Source: Dehalococcoidales bacterium | GTDB taxonomy: Bacteria > Chloroflexota > Dehalococcoidia > Dehalococcoidales > UBA5627 | Reading direction: 5' to 3' | Assembly: GCA_034429935.1 (NCBI GenBank) | Contig: DAOUFJ010000008.1 | Span: forward strand, 13,218 to 77,217 | Length of the DNA: 64,000 nt | Shown: piece by piece, positions 18,385 to 27,754 of the stretch | Numbering within the stretch: position 1 is the first letter of the stretch | How the letters are laid out: each line of letters starts with the position of its first letter | The notes under the pieces: generated by a model | What the model was told of the DNA's origin: nothing | Database searches by the model: none | What the model saw: only the letters and a program-made list of their open reading frames with translations | Made by a program: the position numbers and the translations under genes

Positions 18385-19674
18385 ATGTCTGATGAAGCAT
18401 GGTATTTAGTGCTTCTCTTGATTTGTTTTGTTCTTTCCGCTTTTTTTTCCAGCTCGGAAACTGCCTTTACATCGCTGGAGAGATTCCGCCTGCAGCACAT
18501 GGTAGAAACCAATGTAAGCGGTGCCAAAAAAGTCGCCAAATTGCTTGAAAAACCAGAGAGATTTTTATCGACGATACTGCTGGGAAACAACCTGGTTAAC
18601 GTTGCGGCAACTTCTATTGCCACCACTCTGGCGATAACGATGTGGGGACAGGATAAGGGCGTTGCTATTGCCACCGCCGGTATGACGATAATTCTGCTGA
18701 TATTCGGGGAAACCACTCCGAAAACATTTGCCAAGCAGCACCCGGAACGGATATCCACTTTGTTCGCGCGTCCCATCGAATGGCTCAGCTGGATATTCTA
18801 CCCGGTAGTTTTTGTTCTCAGCTGGATTGCATCCGGTTTGTCCCGCCTGTTGGGGGGCAAGGAGGTTCCCAAGACACTGGTCAGCGCCGATGAAATACGC
18901 ACCATGATAACGGTAGGGCACCAGGAAGGAACTGTTGAAGAATCCGAAGCCGACCTGCTGCATGCCGTTTTCGATTTCGGCGACCGCCCGGTCAGCGAGG
19001 TGCTGGTTCCCAGGCTGGAGGTGGTCGGGGTGGAGAAAGGGAAAACAATCGCTGAGTTTTTAGCCATATATTCGGAAAACCCGATGTCGCGGTTCCCTGT
19101 TTATGTGGAGAACATGGACAACATCGTGGGCATATTGTCCATAAAAGATGTGCTTATGGCACAGGCAAAAGGAAATATAACGTCTGACAGTCTCATAGAC
19201 GACCTGATTCGTCCGGCGTATTTCGTTCCCGAGACTAAACCCATAGACGAACTGTTTGCCGAGATGCGCGACAAGAATTTCCGTATGAGCATAATAGTCG
19301 ATGAATACGGCGGTACGGCAGGCATCGTCTCTTTGAGCCGCCTGATGGAGGAAATAGTCGGGCCGGTGGGAGACGAGTTGGCGGCGGCTGAGAAAGAATT
19401 CGAGTCAATCGATGAAAACACCTTCCAGATAGACGGCACGATGCGTATCGAGGAGGTTAACGAAGAGATGGGATTGGGTTTGCCGGAGGGCGAGTACGAA
19501 ACGGTTGCCGGTTTTATTTTGCAACTGTTGGGGCGTATTCCCAAGCAGGGAAGGCAAATCAAATATAAGGACCTGAAAATCGTAATAACCCGCATGAAGG
19601 GTCATAAGATAGAAGAAATAATGGTGACCAGGGAAAAGAAGAAGGAAGATGAGCCGGCTCAGAATAAGGTTTAG
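18385..19674 (+). CDS. Hemolysin-family / CNNM transporter (DUF21 + CBS pair + CorC_HlyC)
   Basis: The N-terminal 4-TM DUF21 domain (SSSETAFTSL) is followed by a CBS-pair region and a C-terminal CorC-type domain (FQIDGTMRIEEVNEEMGL...). Confidence 0.9.
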   Translation: MSDEAWYLVLLLICFVLSAFFSSSETAFTSLERFRLQHMVETNVSGAKKVAKLLEKPERFLSTILLGNNLVNVAATSIATTLAITMWGQDKGVAIATAGMTIILLIFGETTPKTFAKQHPERISTLFARPIEWLSWIFYPVVFVLSWIASGLSRLLGGKEVPKTLVSADEIRTMITVGHQEGTVEESEADLLHAVFDFGDRPVSEVLVPRLEVVGVEKGKTIAEFLAIYSENPMSRFPVYVENMDNIVGILSIKDVLMAQAKGNITSDSLIDDLIRPAYFVPETKPIDELFAEMRDKNFRMSIIVDEYGGTAGIVSLSRLMEEIVGPVGDELAAAEKEFESIDENTFQIDGTMRIEEVNEEMGLGLPEGEYETVAGFILQLLGRIPKQGRQIKYKDLKIVITRMKGHKIEEIMVTREKKKEDEPAQNKV

Positions 19675-20293
19675 AAGAGGGGCGGAAGTTAAATACATTT
19701 CCCACCTGGATATTATCAGGGTGTGGGTAAGGGCTTTTCGGCGTGCCGGCATCGAGCTGGCTTATACCGAGGGGTTCAATCCGCACCCGCGTATCTCGCT
19801 GGCGTCACCTCTGGCTACCGGTGTTACCAGCGATGCCGAATTGATGGATGTTTATATCAGCGATGCCGTATCTCCCCATAATTTTACCGAAGCTGTCAAC
19901 AGGCAGATGCCTGCCGGTATGGAGATATTGAACACATATCAGGTGGATGCCGCACTGCCTGCTTTGCAGGCGCAGGTGACTGCTGCCGAATACATGGTCG
20001 AAGTATCTGTCGAAGAGGGGGAGGATTCCCTTGGACAGGCATTGACATCCATGCTGGCCGAGAAGCAGTTTCCCTGGCAGCATGAGCGCGATACCGGCAC
20101 GAAATGCTACGACCTCAGGCCGCTCATCGAAGATATGTGGATAGAAGGCTGCAAGGACAATCTTGCCAGGGTCGGAATGCGTTTGGCCTGTGACAGTCGC
20201 GGCGCAGGCAGGCCCGAGCAGGTTATCAAGGCGCTGGGTTTTGCCCGTCCGTTGTCGGTTCACCGCACCAGGTTGATTTTAAAAACGAGTTGA
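19649..20293 (+). CDS. Radical-SAM-associated DUF2344 (TIGR03936-like) protein
   Basis: MSRLRIRFRRGAEVKYISHLDIIRVWVRAFRRAGIELAYTEGFNPHPRISLASPL is typical of this family. No radical SAM partner is present in the window. Confidence 0.8.
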   Translation: MSRLRIRFRRGAEVKYISHLDIIRVWVRAFRRAGIELAYTEGFNPHPRISLASPLATGVTSDAELMDVYISDAVSPHNFTEAVNRQMPAGMEILNTYQVDAALPALQAQVTAAEYMVEVSVEEGEDSLGQALTSMLAEKQFPWQHERDTGTKCYDLRPLIEDMWIEGCKDNLARVGMRLACDSRGAGRPEQVIKALGFARPLSVHRTRLILKTS

Positions 20294-20296
20294 TAA

Positions 20297-21466
20297 TTGA
20301 GCAGTCAAAGTGCCAGTGAGGAATTTTCCACCCCTGTCCTTTCGGCTGACAGGCGCATCAAAGCGAAAAAATATGCGCGTATAAACCGCCGGCTATCTTT
20401 TCTCGAAGCGGTATTGTCGGCTGCATTACTGCTATGGCTTATATTCAGCGGGTTTTCATCGGAGATTGTATCTTTCATCGGTTTACCGGCTGTTCCTGCG
20501 GCTGTCGTCTATTCGCTCGTCCTCGTCGTTGTCTACGGGGTGTTGTCAACCCCTGTCAACTATTACAGGGGATTCGTTCTTGCCAGGCGTTACGGATTGT
20601 CCAACCAGGGTTTTGCGGGCTGGTTGGGGGATTCCCTTCAGTCAGGGGCATTGACGTCAATCCTTGCCATATCGGTCGTTGCGACTGCTTACTGGGCTGT
20701 CGGCGTTCTGCCGGAACTGTGGTGGCTGGTGGTCTGGGGGCTTTTGCTTGTCGTCAGCCTGATACTGAGCACTTTGCTGCCTGTGGTGCTGATTCCCATG
20801 TTCTACAGGACGAAGCCGCTTGAAGATGAAAACCTGAAGCAGCGATTCTCCGCTCTTGCGGAGAAGGCCGGGGTTTCCATAAAGGGCGTTTATACCATCG
20901 AGTTCAGCAGTAAACAGACAACCGCCAATGCCGCCCTTATGGGGATAGGCAGGACGAGGCGCGTGGCTTTAAGCGATACTCTGCTTGCGGAGTATTCCCC
21001 TGAGGAGATAGAAACGGTGATTGCGCATGAACTGGGGCATCATAAGCACCGCGATTTCGTGGGTATCTTTTTATTTCAGGCTCTGATTTTGTTTGCCTGC
21101 CTGTGGATAACCTGTATTGCCGCCGGCGCCCTGGCGGAACCGCTGGGATTCGGCGGTATGGGGGATGCCGCCATGCTGCCGCTGCTGATTCTTGTATTTG
21201 CGATAGTTAACCTGATTTTGACACCTGTTTCCAATGCGGTTATGCGCAGTTTTGAGATGGCTGCCGACGATTTTGCCATCAGGCTGACGGGAAACCCGCA
21301 GGCTTTTATTTCCATGCTTACAAAACTGACGCAGCAGAACCTGGGTGAGGTCAATCCTCCGCTGTGGGTGGAACTGTTGCTGGACGACCATCCCGGTTAT
21401 TACAGGCGTATATCTTATGCCAGGAGATTTATGCGGACTGACCGGGAAATGATGAATAAGGGGTAA
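20297..21466 (+). CDS. M48 family (Ste24/HtpX-like) zinc metallopeptidase, membrane-bound
   Basis: It has multiple TM helices, an HELGHHKH (HExxH) motif and a distal Glu region. The start is a TTG. Confidence 0.88.
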   Translation: MSSQSASEEFSTPVLSADRRIKAKKYARINRRLSFLEAVLSAALLLWLIFSGFSSEIVSFIGLPAVPAAVVYSLVLVVVYGVLSTPVNYYRGFVLARRYGLSNQGFAGWLGDSLQSGALTSILAISVVATAYWAVGVLPELWWLVVWGLLLVVSLILSTLLPVVLIPMFYRTKPLEDENLKQRFSALAEKAGVSIKGVYTIEFSSKQTTANAALMGIGRTRRVALSDTLLAEYSPEEIETVIAHELGHHKHRDFVGIFLFQALILFACLWITCIAAGALAEPLGFGGMGDAAMLPLLILVFAIVNLILTPVSNAVMRSFEMAADDFAIRLTGNPQAFISMLTKLTQQNLGEVNPPLWVELLLDDHPGYYRRISYARRFMRTDREMMNKG

Positions 21467-21469
21467 TTA

Positions 21470-22111
21470 ATGTTAAAAATAATGCTTGTAAGGCACGGGG
21501 AAACTGACTGGAACAGGGTAAAAAGGGTGCAGGGGGGCTCCAGCGATACCCCGTTGAACGGTATCGGCAGGGAACAGGCGAAAGGGCTGGCGGATATGCT
21601 GGCAAAGGAGAAGATTAAAGCCGTATATTCCAGCCCCTTGCAGCGTGCCGCCGTAACTGCCGGGGAAATTGCGGCTTTACATAACATTCCAGTTGAGATA
21701 ACCCCCGCCATTCGTGAAATAGAAGCCGGTGAACTCGAGGGCATCCTCTCCGCCGACCTCGGTAAAAGATTCAGTGAATATCTTTTCGAGAATGACTTGC
21801 CGGTTACAATCCCCGGCGGCGAATCCCTCCCGGATGTGCAGGAGCGCAGCTGGAGTTTCATAAAAAGTCTTTCCGCTGAATACGATGAATGCACGGTGGT
21901 ACTTGTCTCTCACTACTTCGTAATACTCTCGATAATTTGCAGGGTGCTGGATGTTCCGCTTTCTCAAATCAACCGTTTCCGTATGGACACCGGCAGCGTC
22001 AGCATTATCACGCTCGACGGCGAATCCGAATGGCTGCAGGTATTCAACGATACCGGCTACATGCCGGAAGAATTGAGAAAGGTTTGCTCTGCATACCCCC
22101 GCTCACTATAA
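21470..22111 (+). CDS. Histidine phosphatase family protein (phosphoglycerate mutase-like)
   Basis: LVRHGETDWN is the catalytic RHG motif, and SHYFV supplies the second His. Confidence 0.88.
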   Translation: MLKIMLVRHGETDWNRVKRVQGGSSDTPLNGIGREQAKGLADMLAKEKIKAVYSSPLQRAAVTAGEIAALHNIPVEITPAIREIEAGELEGILSADLGKRFSEYLFENDLPVTIPGGESLPDVQERSWSFIKSLSAEYDECTVVLVSHYFVILSIICRVLDVPLSQINRFRMDTGSVSIITLDGESEWLQVFNDTGYMPEELRKVCSAYPRSL

Positions 22112-22121
22112 TTGAACTGAA

Positions 22122-23567
22122 ATGACTGCAAACAAATTATCAGTACAGCAAAGAGTATCCCGCTTCATCAGGGAAAAGCAGATGGTGTCGAAGGGCGATT
22201 GCCTGCTGCTGGCGGTATCCGGCGGTGCCGATTCCACCTGCCTGCTGCATGTTATGGTTTCCCTGAAGGACAAGCTGGGTATCGGTTTGCACGTGGCCCA
22301 TCTCGACCATCAGCTGCGTGGAGAAGAATCCGACGCCGATGCGGAATATGTTGTGCGGCTGGCCGACAGTCTGGACATTCCGGTAACGGTGTCAAAGGCC
22401 GATGTCAGGGGGTATCAGAAAAAACACAGGTTGTCCATGGAGGAGGCGGCGAGAGAGGTGCGCTATGACTTCCTGTCCAGAACTGCCGCTTCCGTCGGGG
22501 CAGTCGCCATAGCTACCGGGCATACCCTCGACGACCAGGTGGAAACGATAATGCTGCATATAATACGGGGAACCGGCATCAAGGGGCTTATCGGATTGAA
22601 TGCTAAAAGCAGCCGCCTGTTGAACGGCCGCCAAATTAACATAATAAGACCGCTTCTCGAGATAAGCCGCGATGAAACGCAGAGGTATTGCGATGCGCAT
22701 AAACTGGCGGCAAGGCTTGACAGCACCAACCTGTCGCTGTCGCCGCTGCGCAACCGTGTCAGGCAAAAACTGCTCCCCGAACTTAAAAACTATAATCCGG
22801 GGGTAGTCGAATCCCTGCTGCGCACTTCCGCCATCGCCGCCGACGAAATCGCTTTCCTGGACTCGGAACTGGAAAAAGTCAGGGGAGACATAATCGAGCC
22901 GAAGAACGATATGGTCATTTTGAAAAGAGACGGGTTCGACGGGCTGCCCGATGTGTTGAAACGTCACCTGTTGAGGACGACCATTAAGGAGATGCTGGGA
23001 ACCCTGAAAGATATCGAGGAGCGCCATATCGAAGAAATAATGGGTGTTCTGGGTAAACAGGCCGGCAAGTACATAAATCTACCCTACGGGCTTATTTTTG
23101 CCGTAGAATATGGCAGATACCTGCTTGGCAGCGATATTAAAGCCCTTTGTCCTTTCCCTGAAATCTTCGGCGAATCCGAAGTGAATATTCCCGGTGTCAC
23201 CGTCATATCCGGCTGGTCTATCGAAACATCGATTGCAGAAAAAGTGGTAGCGGGCGATTCGGGTAACGAGTTCACCGCTTTTGTCGATTTTGATAAAACC
23301 GGTGGCAGCCTGATTGTCCGCAGCAGAGTCGAGGGAGACCGCTTCCAGCCGCTGGGTTTCGATACTCCCAAACGGCTGAACCGTTTTATGATAGACCTCA
23401 AAATCCCGCAAAGCTGGCGGGAACGCATACCCCTTGTCTGCTGCCATGGACAGGGCTTGCCAGTCCGTGGACAAATTACCTGGGTCGCCGGTTACCGCAT
23501 CGACGACAGGTACCGGGTAACCGATAAAACGAAGCGTGTTTTGAAGATTGAGTTCAAGAGGGTTTAA
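22122..23567 (+). CDS. tilS: tRNA(Ile)-lysidine synthase
   Basis: The PP-loop LLAVSGGADS is present, together with HLDHQLRGEESD and a C-terminal TilS domain (GDRFQPLG). Confidence 0.92.
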   Translation: MTANKLSVQQRVSRFIREKQMVSKGDCLLLAVSGGADSTCLLHVMVSLKDKLGIGLHVAHLDHQLRGEESDADAEYVVRLADSLDIPVTVSKADVRGYQKKHRLSMEEAAREVRYDFLSRTAASVGAVAIATGHTLDDQVETIMLHIIRGTGIKGLIGLNAKSSRLLNGRQINIIRPLLEISRDETQRYCDAHKLAARLDSTNLSLSPLRNRVRQKLLPELKNYNPGVVESLLRTSAIAADEIAFLDSELEKVRGDIIEPKNDMVILKRDGFDGLPDVLKRHLLRTTIKEMLGTLKDIEERHIEEIMGVLGKQAGKYINLPYGLIFAVEYGRYLLGSDIKALCPFPEIFGESEVNIPGVTVISGWSIETSIAEKVVAGDSGNEFTAFVDFDKTGGSLIVRSRVEGDRFQPLGFDTPKRLNRFMIDLKIPQSWRERIPLVCCHGQGLPVRGQITWVAGYRIDDRYRVTDKTKRVLKIEFKRV

Positions 23568-24381
23568 CCGCGCTTACCTTGACGCTGACGACCGAGTTCT
23601 CGATATCCCTGATTTCAGCGGCAGTTATCTTCTTCTCTTTTATAATTGCCTGAGCCGTCGGGTCGTTTGCCATGCAATCGATTGGAAACAGGGTTTCGTC
23701 AATAATTTTAACATCGCGGAAACCGCGTCCCTCGATGGCGCTGATGTAATCTTTTTTAAGAATTGCCCCCGATATGCAACCGACATACCCGGAGACGGAT
23801 TCCCTTACAAAATCGGGCAGCTTTTTCAATAAGACAATGTCGGATACCATCAACCTGCCGCCGGGCTTAAGGACACGGAAGGCTTCTTCGAAAACCCTTA
23901 CTTTATCCGGTGAAAGGTTAATGACACAGTTGGAGATAATAACATCGACGGAATTATCGGCAACCGGCAGGTTCTCGATTTCGCCCAGCCGGAACTCGGT
24001 ATTGTCATAGCCCCCCTTGCGGGCATTGGCGCGCGCTTTTTCCAGCATATCCGGCGTCATGTCAACCCCTATGACATGTCCGGTCTTGCCGACCCTGTTG
24101 GCTGCCAGGAAGCAATCGAACCCGGCACCGGAGCCTAGGTCGAGAACCGTTTCTCCTTCTTTCAGAGATGCCATCGCCGTCGGGTTGCCGCATCCCAGTC
24201 CCAGGTTGGCCCCGTCCGGAACGGCGTTCATTTCGTCTTCAGAATATCCGATTTCTTTACTTGTTTTTTCGGCTGTAGATGCCCCGCAGCAGGAACTCGA
24301 TTGTCCGCAACAGGATGTATTACCCCTGGCGACTCTGGCGTATTCTTCCCTGACCGTCTTGCGTATTTCTTCTTTTTTCAA
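23554..24381 (-). CDS. arsM: Arsenite S-adenosylmethionine methyltransferase (ArsM-like)
   Basis: EEYARVARG...SCCGQSSSCCG is followed by the SAM motif VLDLGSGAGFD. Conserved Cys positions are LGLGCGNP, SNCVINL and YVGCISGA. Confidence 0.85.
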   Translation of the reverse strand: MKKEEIRKTVREEYARVARGNTSCCGQSSSCCGASTAEKTSKEIGYSEDEMNAVPDGANLGLGCGNPTAMASLKEGETVLDLGSGAGFDCFLAANRVGKTGHVIGVDMTPDMLEKARANARKGGYDNTEFRLGEIENLPVADNSVDVIISNCVINLSPDKVRVFEEAFRVLKPGGRLMVSDIVLLKKLPDFVRESVSGYVGCISGAILKKDYISAIEGRGFRDVKIIDETLFPIDCMANDPTAQAIIKEKKITAAEIRDIENSVVSVKVSAVKPS

Positions 24382-24392
24382 CTGTTTCTCCT

Positions 24393-24647
24393 TTACCCGG
24401 TTATCTCTTTCAGGGCGGGTCCCAGCATTTGCTGCACCAGTTTGTTGAGGTCTTCGATTTTAACCAGTGCAATAAATCTGATATCGTTTGTATTGTTCCA
24501 TCTGACCAGCGCCAGTTTATCGCCTGCTTTAATGTTGGCTTTTTCCCTTATTTCTTTCGGCAGAACCATCTGACCCCGTTCATCGATGCTGATAACGGAC
24601 TCAACCTGGCAGCAGGGCAGGTTATCCGAACCTTTACAGCAATCCAT
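24393..24647 (-). CDS. AbrB/SpoVT-type DNA-binding protein with an N-terminal CC-x7-CC motif
   Basis: MDCCKGSDNLPCCQVES is followed by a SpoVT/AbrB swapped-hairpin signature, IDERGQMVLPKEIREKANIKAGDKLAL. The gene lies 11 nt upstream of arsM on the same strand. Confidence 0.75.
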   Translation of the reverse strand: MDCCKGSDNLPCCQVESVISIDERGQMVLPKEIREKANIKAGDKLALVRWNNTNDIRFIALVKIEDLNKLVQQMLGPALKEITG

Positions 24648-24752
24648 TTCTCCCTCCCAAAAATCAGAATAATAAGAATATACAGAAAAATCAGAGAGAA
24701 GTCAATATAGAAAAGTATTATTCTTGGCAATATCGATTGCTTTAATAATTAA

Positions 24753-25022
24753 CGCCGTTATGGTTCGATCCCGACATGTCGGGATTTCGTTCCGAACTAC
24801 GGAACTCACCCTCCTTTGGCACGGCTTTGTTATTATATTCCGTTCGCTCTGAGCTTGTCGAAGGGTTAAACGAACGGAAGAAACATATTTAGCTAATCGT
24901 CGCCGTTATGGTTCGATCCCGACCTGTCGGGATTTCGTTCCGAACTACGGAACTCAACATCCTTCGGCACGGCTTTATTATTTTATTCCGCGCATCCTGA
25001 GCCTGACGAAGGACACGAACGG
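24753..25022 (+). repeat. Two ~88-nt direct repeats (period 147 nt), each followed by a CCGTTCG...CGAACGG-type hairpin
   Basis: Segments 24753-24840 and 24900-24987 are ~90% identical by eye. Each contains the perfect palindrome ATCCCGACATGTCGGGAT (or its C variant) and the hairpin GTTCCGAACTACGGAAC. They are related to the repeats at 39251-39530. Confidence 0.7.
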
Positions 25023-25100
25023 CTTTTTAGTAGGCTTGCCACATACGGCTTTTATTATTTCCAAATTCAAGTCGTTTTAACCCTTATGTCCGCAATGACA

Positions 25101-25139
25101 TTTAAAAAAGAAAACCCCCTCTCTTATCGAAAGGGGGTT
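25101..25139 (-). terminator. Intrinsic terminator downstream of purH
   Basis: The reverse strand reads AACCCCCTTTCGATAAGAGAGGGGGTTTTCTTTTTTAAA, an 8-bp GC-rich stem followed by a T-run. Confidence 0.6.
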
Positions 25140-25173
25140 GAAAAGCCTTGACAACTCTGGACAATATCGGGGA

Positions 25174-26718
25174 TTAGTGCAGGAAGTGCCTGACGCCGGT
25201 AAAGACCATGGCGATGTTATATTTATCCGCTGCTTCTATCGATTCGTTATCCCGTATCGAACCTCCCGGGTGAATGATGGCGGTAACGCCGACTGCCGCT
25301 GCCTGTTCCACACTGTCGGGGAAGGGGAACATAGCGTCCGAGGCCATGACACTGCCTTTGGCGTTGTCACCGGCTTTTTTGGCAGAGATTTCAACGCTGA
25401 TGACCCTGTTTGGCTGCCCCGAACCCATTCCAAGCATCGTTTTGTCCTTTACGAGAACGATAGCGTTGGATTTAATGTGCTTGACCGCACGCCAGGCAAA
25501 CTTAAGGTCTCTAAGTTCTGCCTCTGTCGGCTCTCTCTTCGTTACCGTCTTTAATTGCAGGTCGTCTTCCGCCAGCGAATCGGAGGTCTGCACCAGCATG
25601 CCGCCTCTTACCCTGCGGTAATCCAGGTAACCGACCGGTTTTTTGCCATAGTCTAATGGCAGCTCGGGAACCAGTATGCGCAAGTTCTTCTTCTGCTTCA
25701 AAAAATCGAGTGCAGCATCTTCATATTCGGGAGCGATGACGATTTCGTAAAAGACTTCTTTCATGGCTTCTGCCATCGCCAGTGTAATCCTGCGGTTGCA
25801 GGCGACGATGCCGCCGTAAGCGGAAACCGGGTCGCCGCTTAATGCCCTCTTGTAAGCCTCCACTAAATTGTCATGGCTGGCAAGCCCGCAGGTGTTGGTA
25901 TGTTTGACGATGCCCACTGTCGGTTCGGAAAAATCGGTTACGGCTCCCCATGCGGCATCGGCATCCAGGATATTGTTGAATGAAAGCTCCTTGCCCCACA
26001 GCACTTTTGCCCAGGTGATGCCGGTATCTACTTTCTTGCCGGCGACGTTCTCGGAGTAGAAGGCTGCTTTCTGGTGCGGGTTCTCCCCGTATCTCAGGTC
26101 GTAGCGTTTCTTCAAGGCGATTGTCATATCCTCGGGAAAACTGTCAACCCCCTGTCTAAGGTACTGGGAGATAGCGGTATCGTAGACGGCGACATGCTGG
26201 AAGGCTTTTTGCGCCAGCCTTTGCCTCTCCGCCATATCGACTTCGCCCTTCTTCAGTTTTTCGAGTATGGAGGGATAGTCCGCCGGGTCTACTATGACTA
26301 TAACACTGGGGAAGTTCTTGGCGGCGGCGCGAATCATGGTCGGCCCGCCGATGTCGATATTTTCCAGCGCGGTATCCAGCGTAACCCATTCCTTTGACAC
26401 GGTCTGGACAAACGGATAGAGGTTGACCACCACCATGTCAATGGGTTGTATATTATTCTCTTTCAGTTCTTTCATATGGGATTCGAGGTTGCGCTTTGCC
26501 AGAAGCCCCCCGTGCACCGCCGGGTGCAGGGTTTTGACCCTGCCGTCCAGTATTTCGGGAAACCCCGTCATCTCGGAGATGCCCTTAACGGCAACTCCGG
26601 CTTCTTTCAGGGCTTTCTTGGTGCCGCCGGTGGAAAAAACTTCGAATCCGAGTTTTGCCAGTTCTGCGGCAAAATCGGCAACGCCGGTTTTATCGGATAC
26701 GCTTACGATAGCTCTCAT
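25174..26718 (-). CDS. purH: Bifunctional AICAR formyltransferase / IMP cyclohydrolase
   Basis: MRAIVSVSDKTGVADFAAELAKLGFEVFSTGGTKK... gives the MGS-like domain, and the AICARFT domain follows (VKHTNTCG, IIHPGGSIRD). Confidence 0.97.
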   Translation of the reverse strand: MRAIVSVSDKTGVADFAAELAKLGFEVFSTGGTKKALKEAGVAVKGISEMTGFPEILDGRVKTLHPAVHGGLLAKRNLESHMKELKENNIQPIDMVVVNLYPFVQTVSKEWVTLDTALENIDIGGPTMIRAAAKNFPSVIVIVDPADYPSILEKLKKGEVDMAERQRLAQKAFQHVAVYDTAISQYLRQGVDSFPEDMTIALKKRYDLRYGENPHQKAAFYSENVAGKKVDTGITWAKVLWGKELSFNNILDADAAWGAVTDFSEPTVGIVKHTNTCGLASHDNLVEAYKRALSGDPVSAYGGIVACNRRITLAMAEAMKEVFYEIVIAPEYEDAALDFLKQKKNLRILVPELPLDYGKKPVGYLDYRRVRGGMLVQTSDSLAEDDLQLKTVTKREPTEAELRDLKFAWRAVKHIKSNAIVLVKDKTMLGMGSGQPNRVISVEISAKKAGDNAKGSVMASDAMFPFPDSVEQAAAVGVTAIIHPGGSIRDNESIEAADKYNIAMVFTGVRHFLH

Positions 26719-26746
26719 GTTAATATAACCTCCTGATGTAATTGAC

Positions 26747-27754
26747 TTATTCTATGATGACCCGTCCGTTTCCTGCCTGTTTGATGATATCTCCGATGAC
26801 CCTGGCTCCGGGAACCTGCTCCATTATTTTTGAAACATTCTCCGGTGAGCAGAAAACAACCATTCCGATTCCCATATTAAAAACGTGATACATCTCTTTG
26901 TTATCGACTTCTCCCTTTTCCTGAATAAGCCGGAAAATATAGGGGACATCCCATTTGCTGCTGTCGAATCTGGCGGCGACGCCGTCCGGCAGAATTCTGG
27001 GGACGTTACCGGGTAGTCCACCCCCCGTGATATGCGCCATTCCTTTTATTAAGGGCAGCGAAGATTTTAGCTGTTTTAGATAACAGACATGGGTTTCCAA
27101 AAGGGCTTCCCCGACGGTTTTCCCCATTTCGGGATAGAATTTTCTGACTGCTTCTGGGGTATCTCCGAGGACTTTTCTTGCCAGGGAATAGCCGTTGGTG
27201 TGCAATCCGTTGGAAGCCAGTCCGATGGCAACGTCTCCTTCAGTAATAGATGCCCCGTTGATAATCCTGTCTTTTTCAACGACGCCGATGATACAGGCGG
27301 CCAGGTCGTAATCCCCCACAGCATATAAGCCGGGCATCTCGGCAGTTTCTCCGCCGATAAGCGCACAGTTGCTTTCTTTGCAGGCACTTGACAGCCCCTT
27401 GACAACTGCATCGACCCTGTCAGGGGATAGTTTCCCCATGGCAATATAGTCCAGCAGGAACAGAGGTTCGGCACCGCACGTTAGGATGTCATTGACACAG
27501 TGGTTGACAAGGTCTTGACCGACGGTGTCATGCCTGTCCATGGCTTCCGCTATTTTAAGCTTGGTTCCGACCCCGTCGATGCTGGATACCAGCACCGGTT
27601 GCTGATAACCTTTGATTTCGAACATGCCGCCGAAAAGCCCCGGACCTGCCAGTACTTCCGGTCTTGCGGTCTTTTTGGCATGTTGTTTGATTACCGATTT
27701 TATACTGTCAGCGGTATTGATGCTGACACCTGCCGCATCATAAGTGTACTTTAT
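26747..27754 (-). CDS. purM: Phosphoribosylformylglycinamidine cyclo-ligase (AIR synthetase); probable non-canonical ATA start
   Basis: The conserved N-terminus YTYDAAGVSI...ARPEVLAGPGLFGG...VLVSSIDGVGTKLKIA lies upstream of the first ATG at 27625. The frame opens after the TAG at 27773-27775 and contains no ATG, GTG or TTG before 27625. An ATA at 27752-27754 lies 8 nt after AGGAGG. Confidence 0.9.
   Translation of the reverse strand: MKYTYDAAGVSINTADSIKSVIKQHAKKTARPEVLAGPGLFGGMFEIKGYQQPVLVSSIDGVGTKLKIAEAMDRHDTVGQDLVNHCVNDILTCGAEPLFLLDYIAMGKLSPDRVDAVVKGLSSACKESNCALIGGETAEMPGLYAVGDYDLAACIIGVVEKDRIINGASITEGDVAIGLASNGLHTNGYSLARKVLGDTPEAVRKFYPEMGKTVGEALLETHVCYLKQLKSSLPLIKGMAHITGGGLPGNVPRILPDGVAARFDSSKWDVPYIFRLIQEKGEVDNKEMYHVFNMGIGMVVFCSPENVSKIMEQVPGARVIGDIIKQAGNGRVIIE

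Noticed and set aside
24753-25022. I considered whether the repeated units here and at 39251-39530 could be a CRISPR array.
   Set aside because: The repeats are long (~88 nt plus hairpins), degenerate and of several interleaved families. There are no uniform 25-40-nt repeats, no unique spacers of constant length, and no cas genes in the window.
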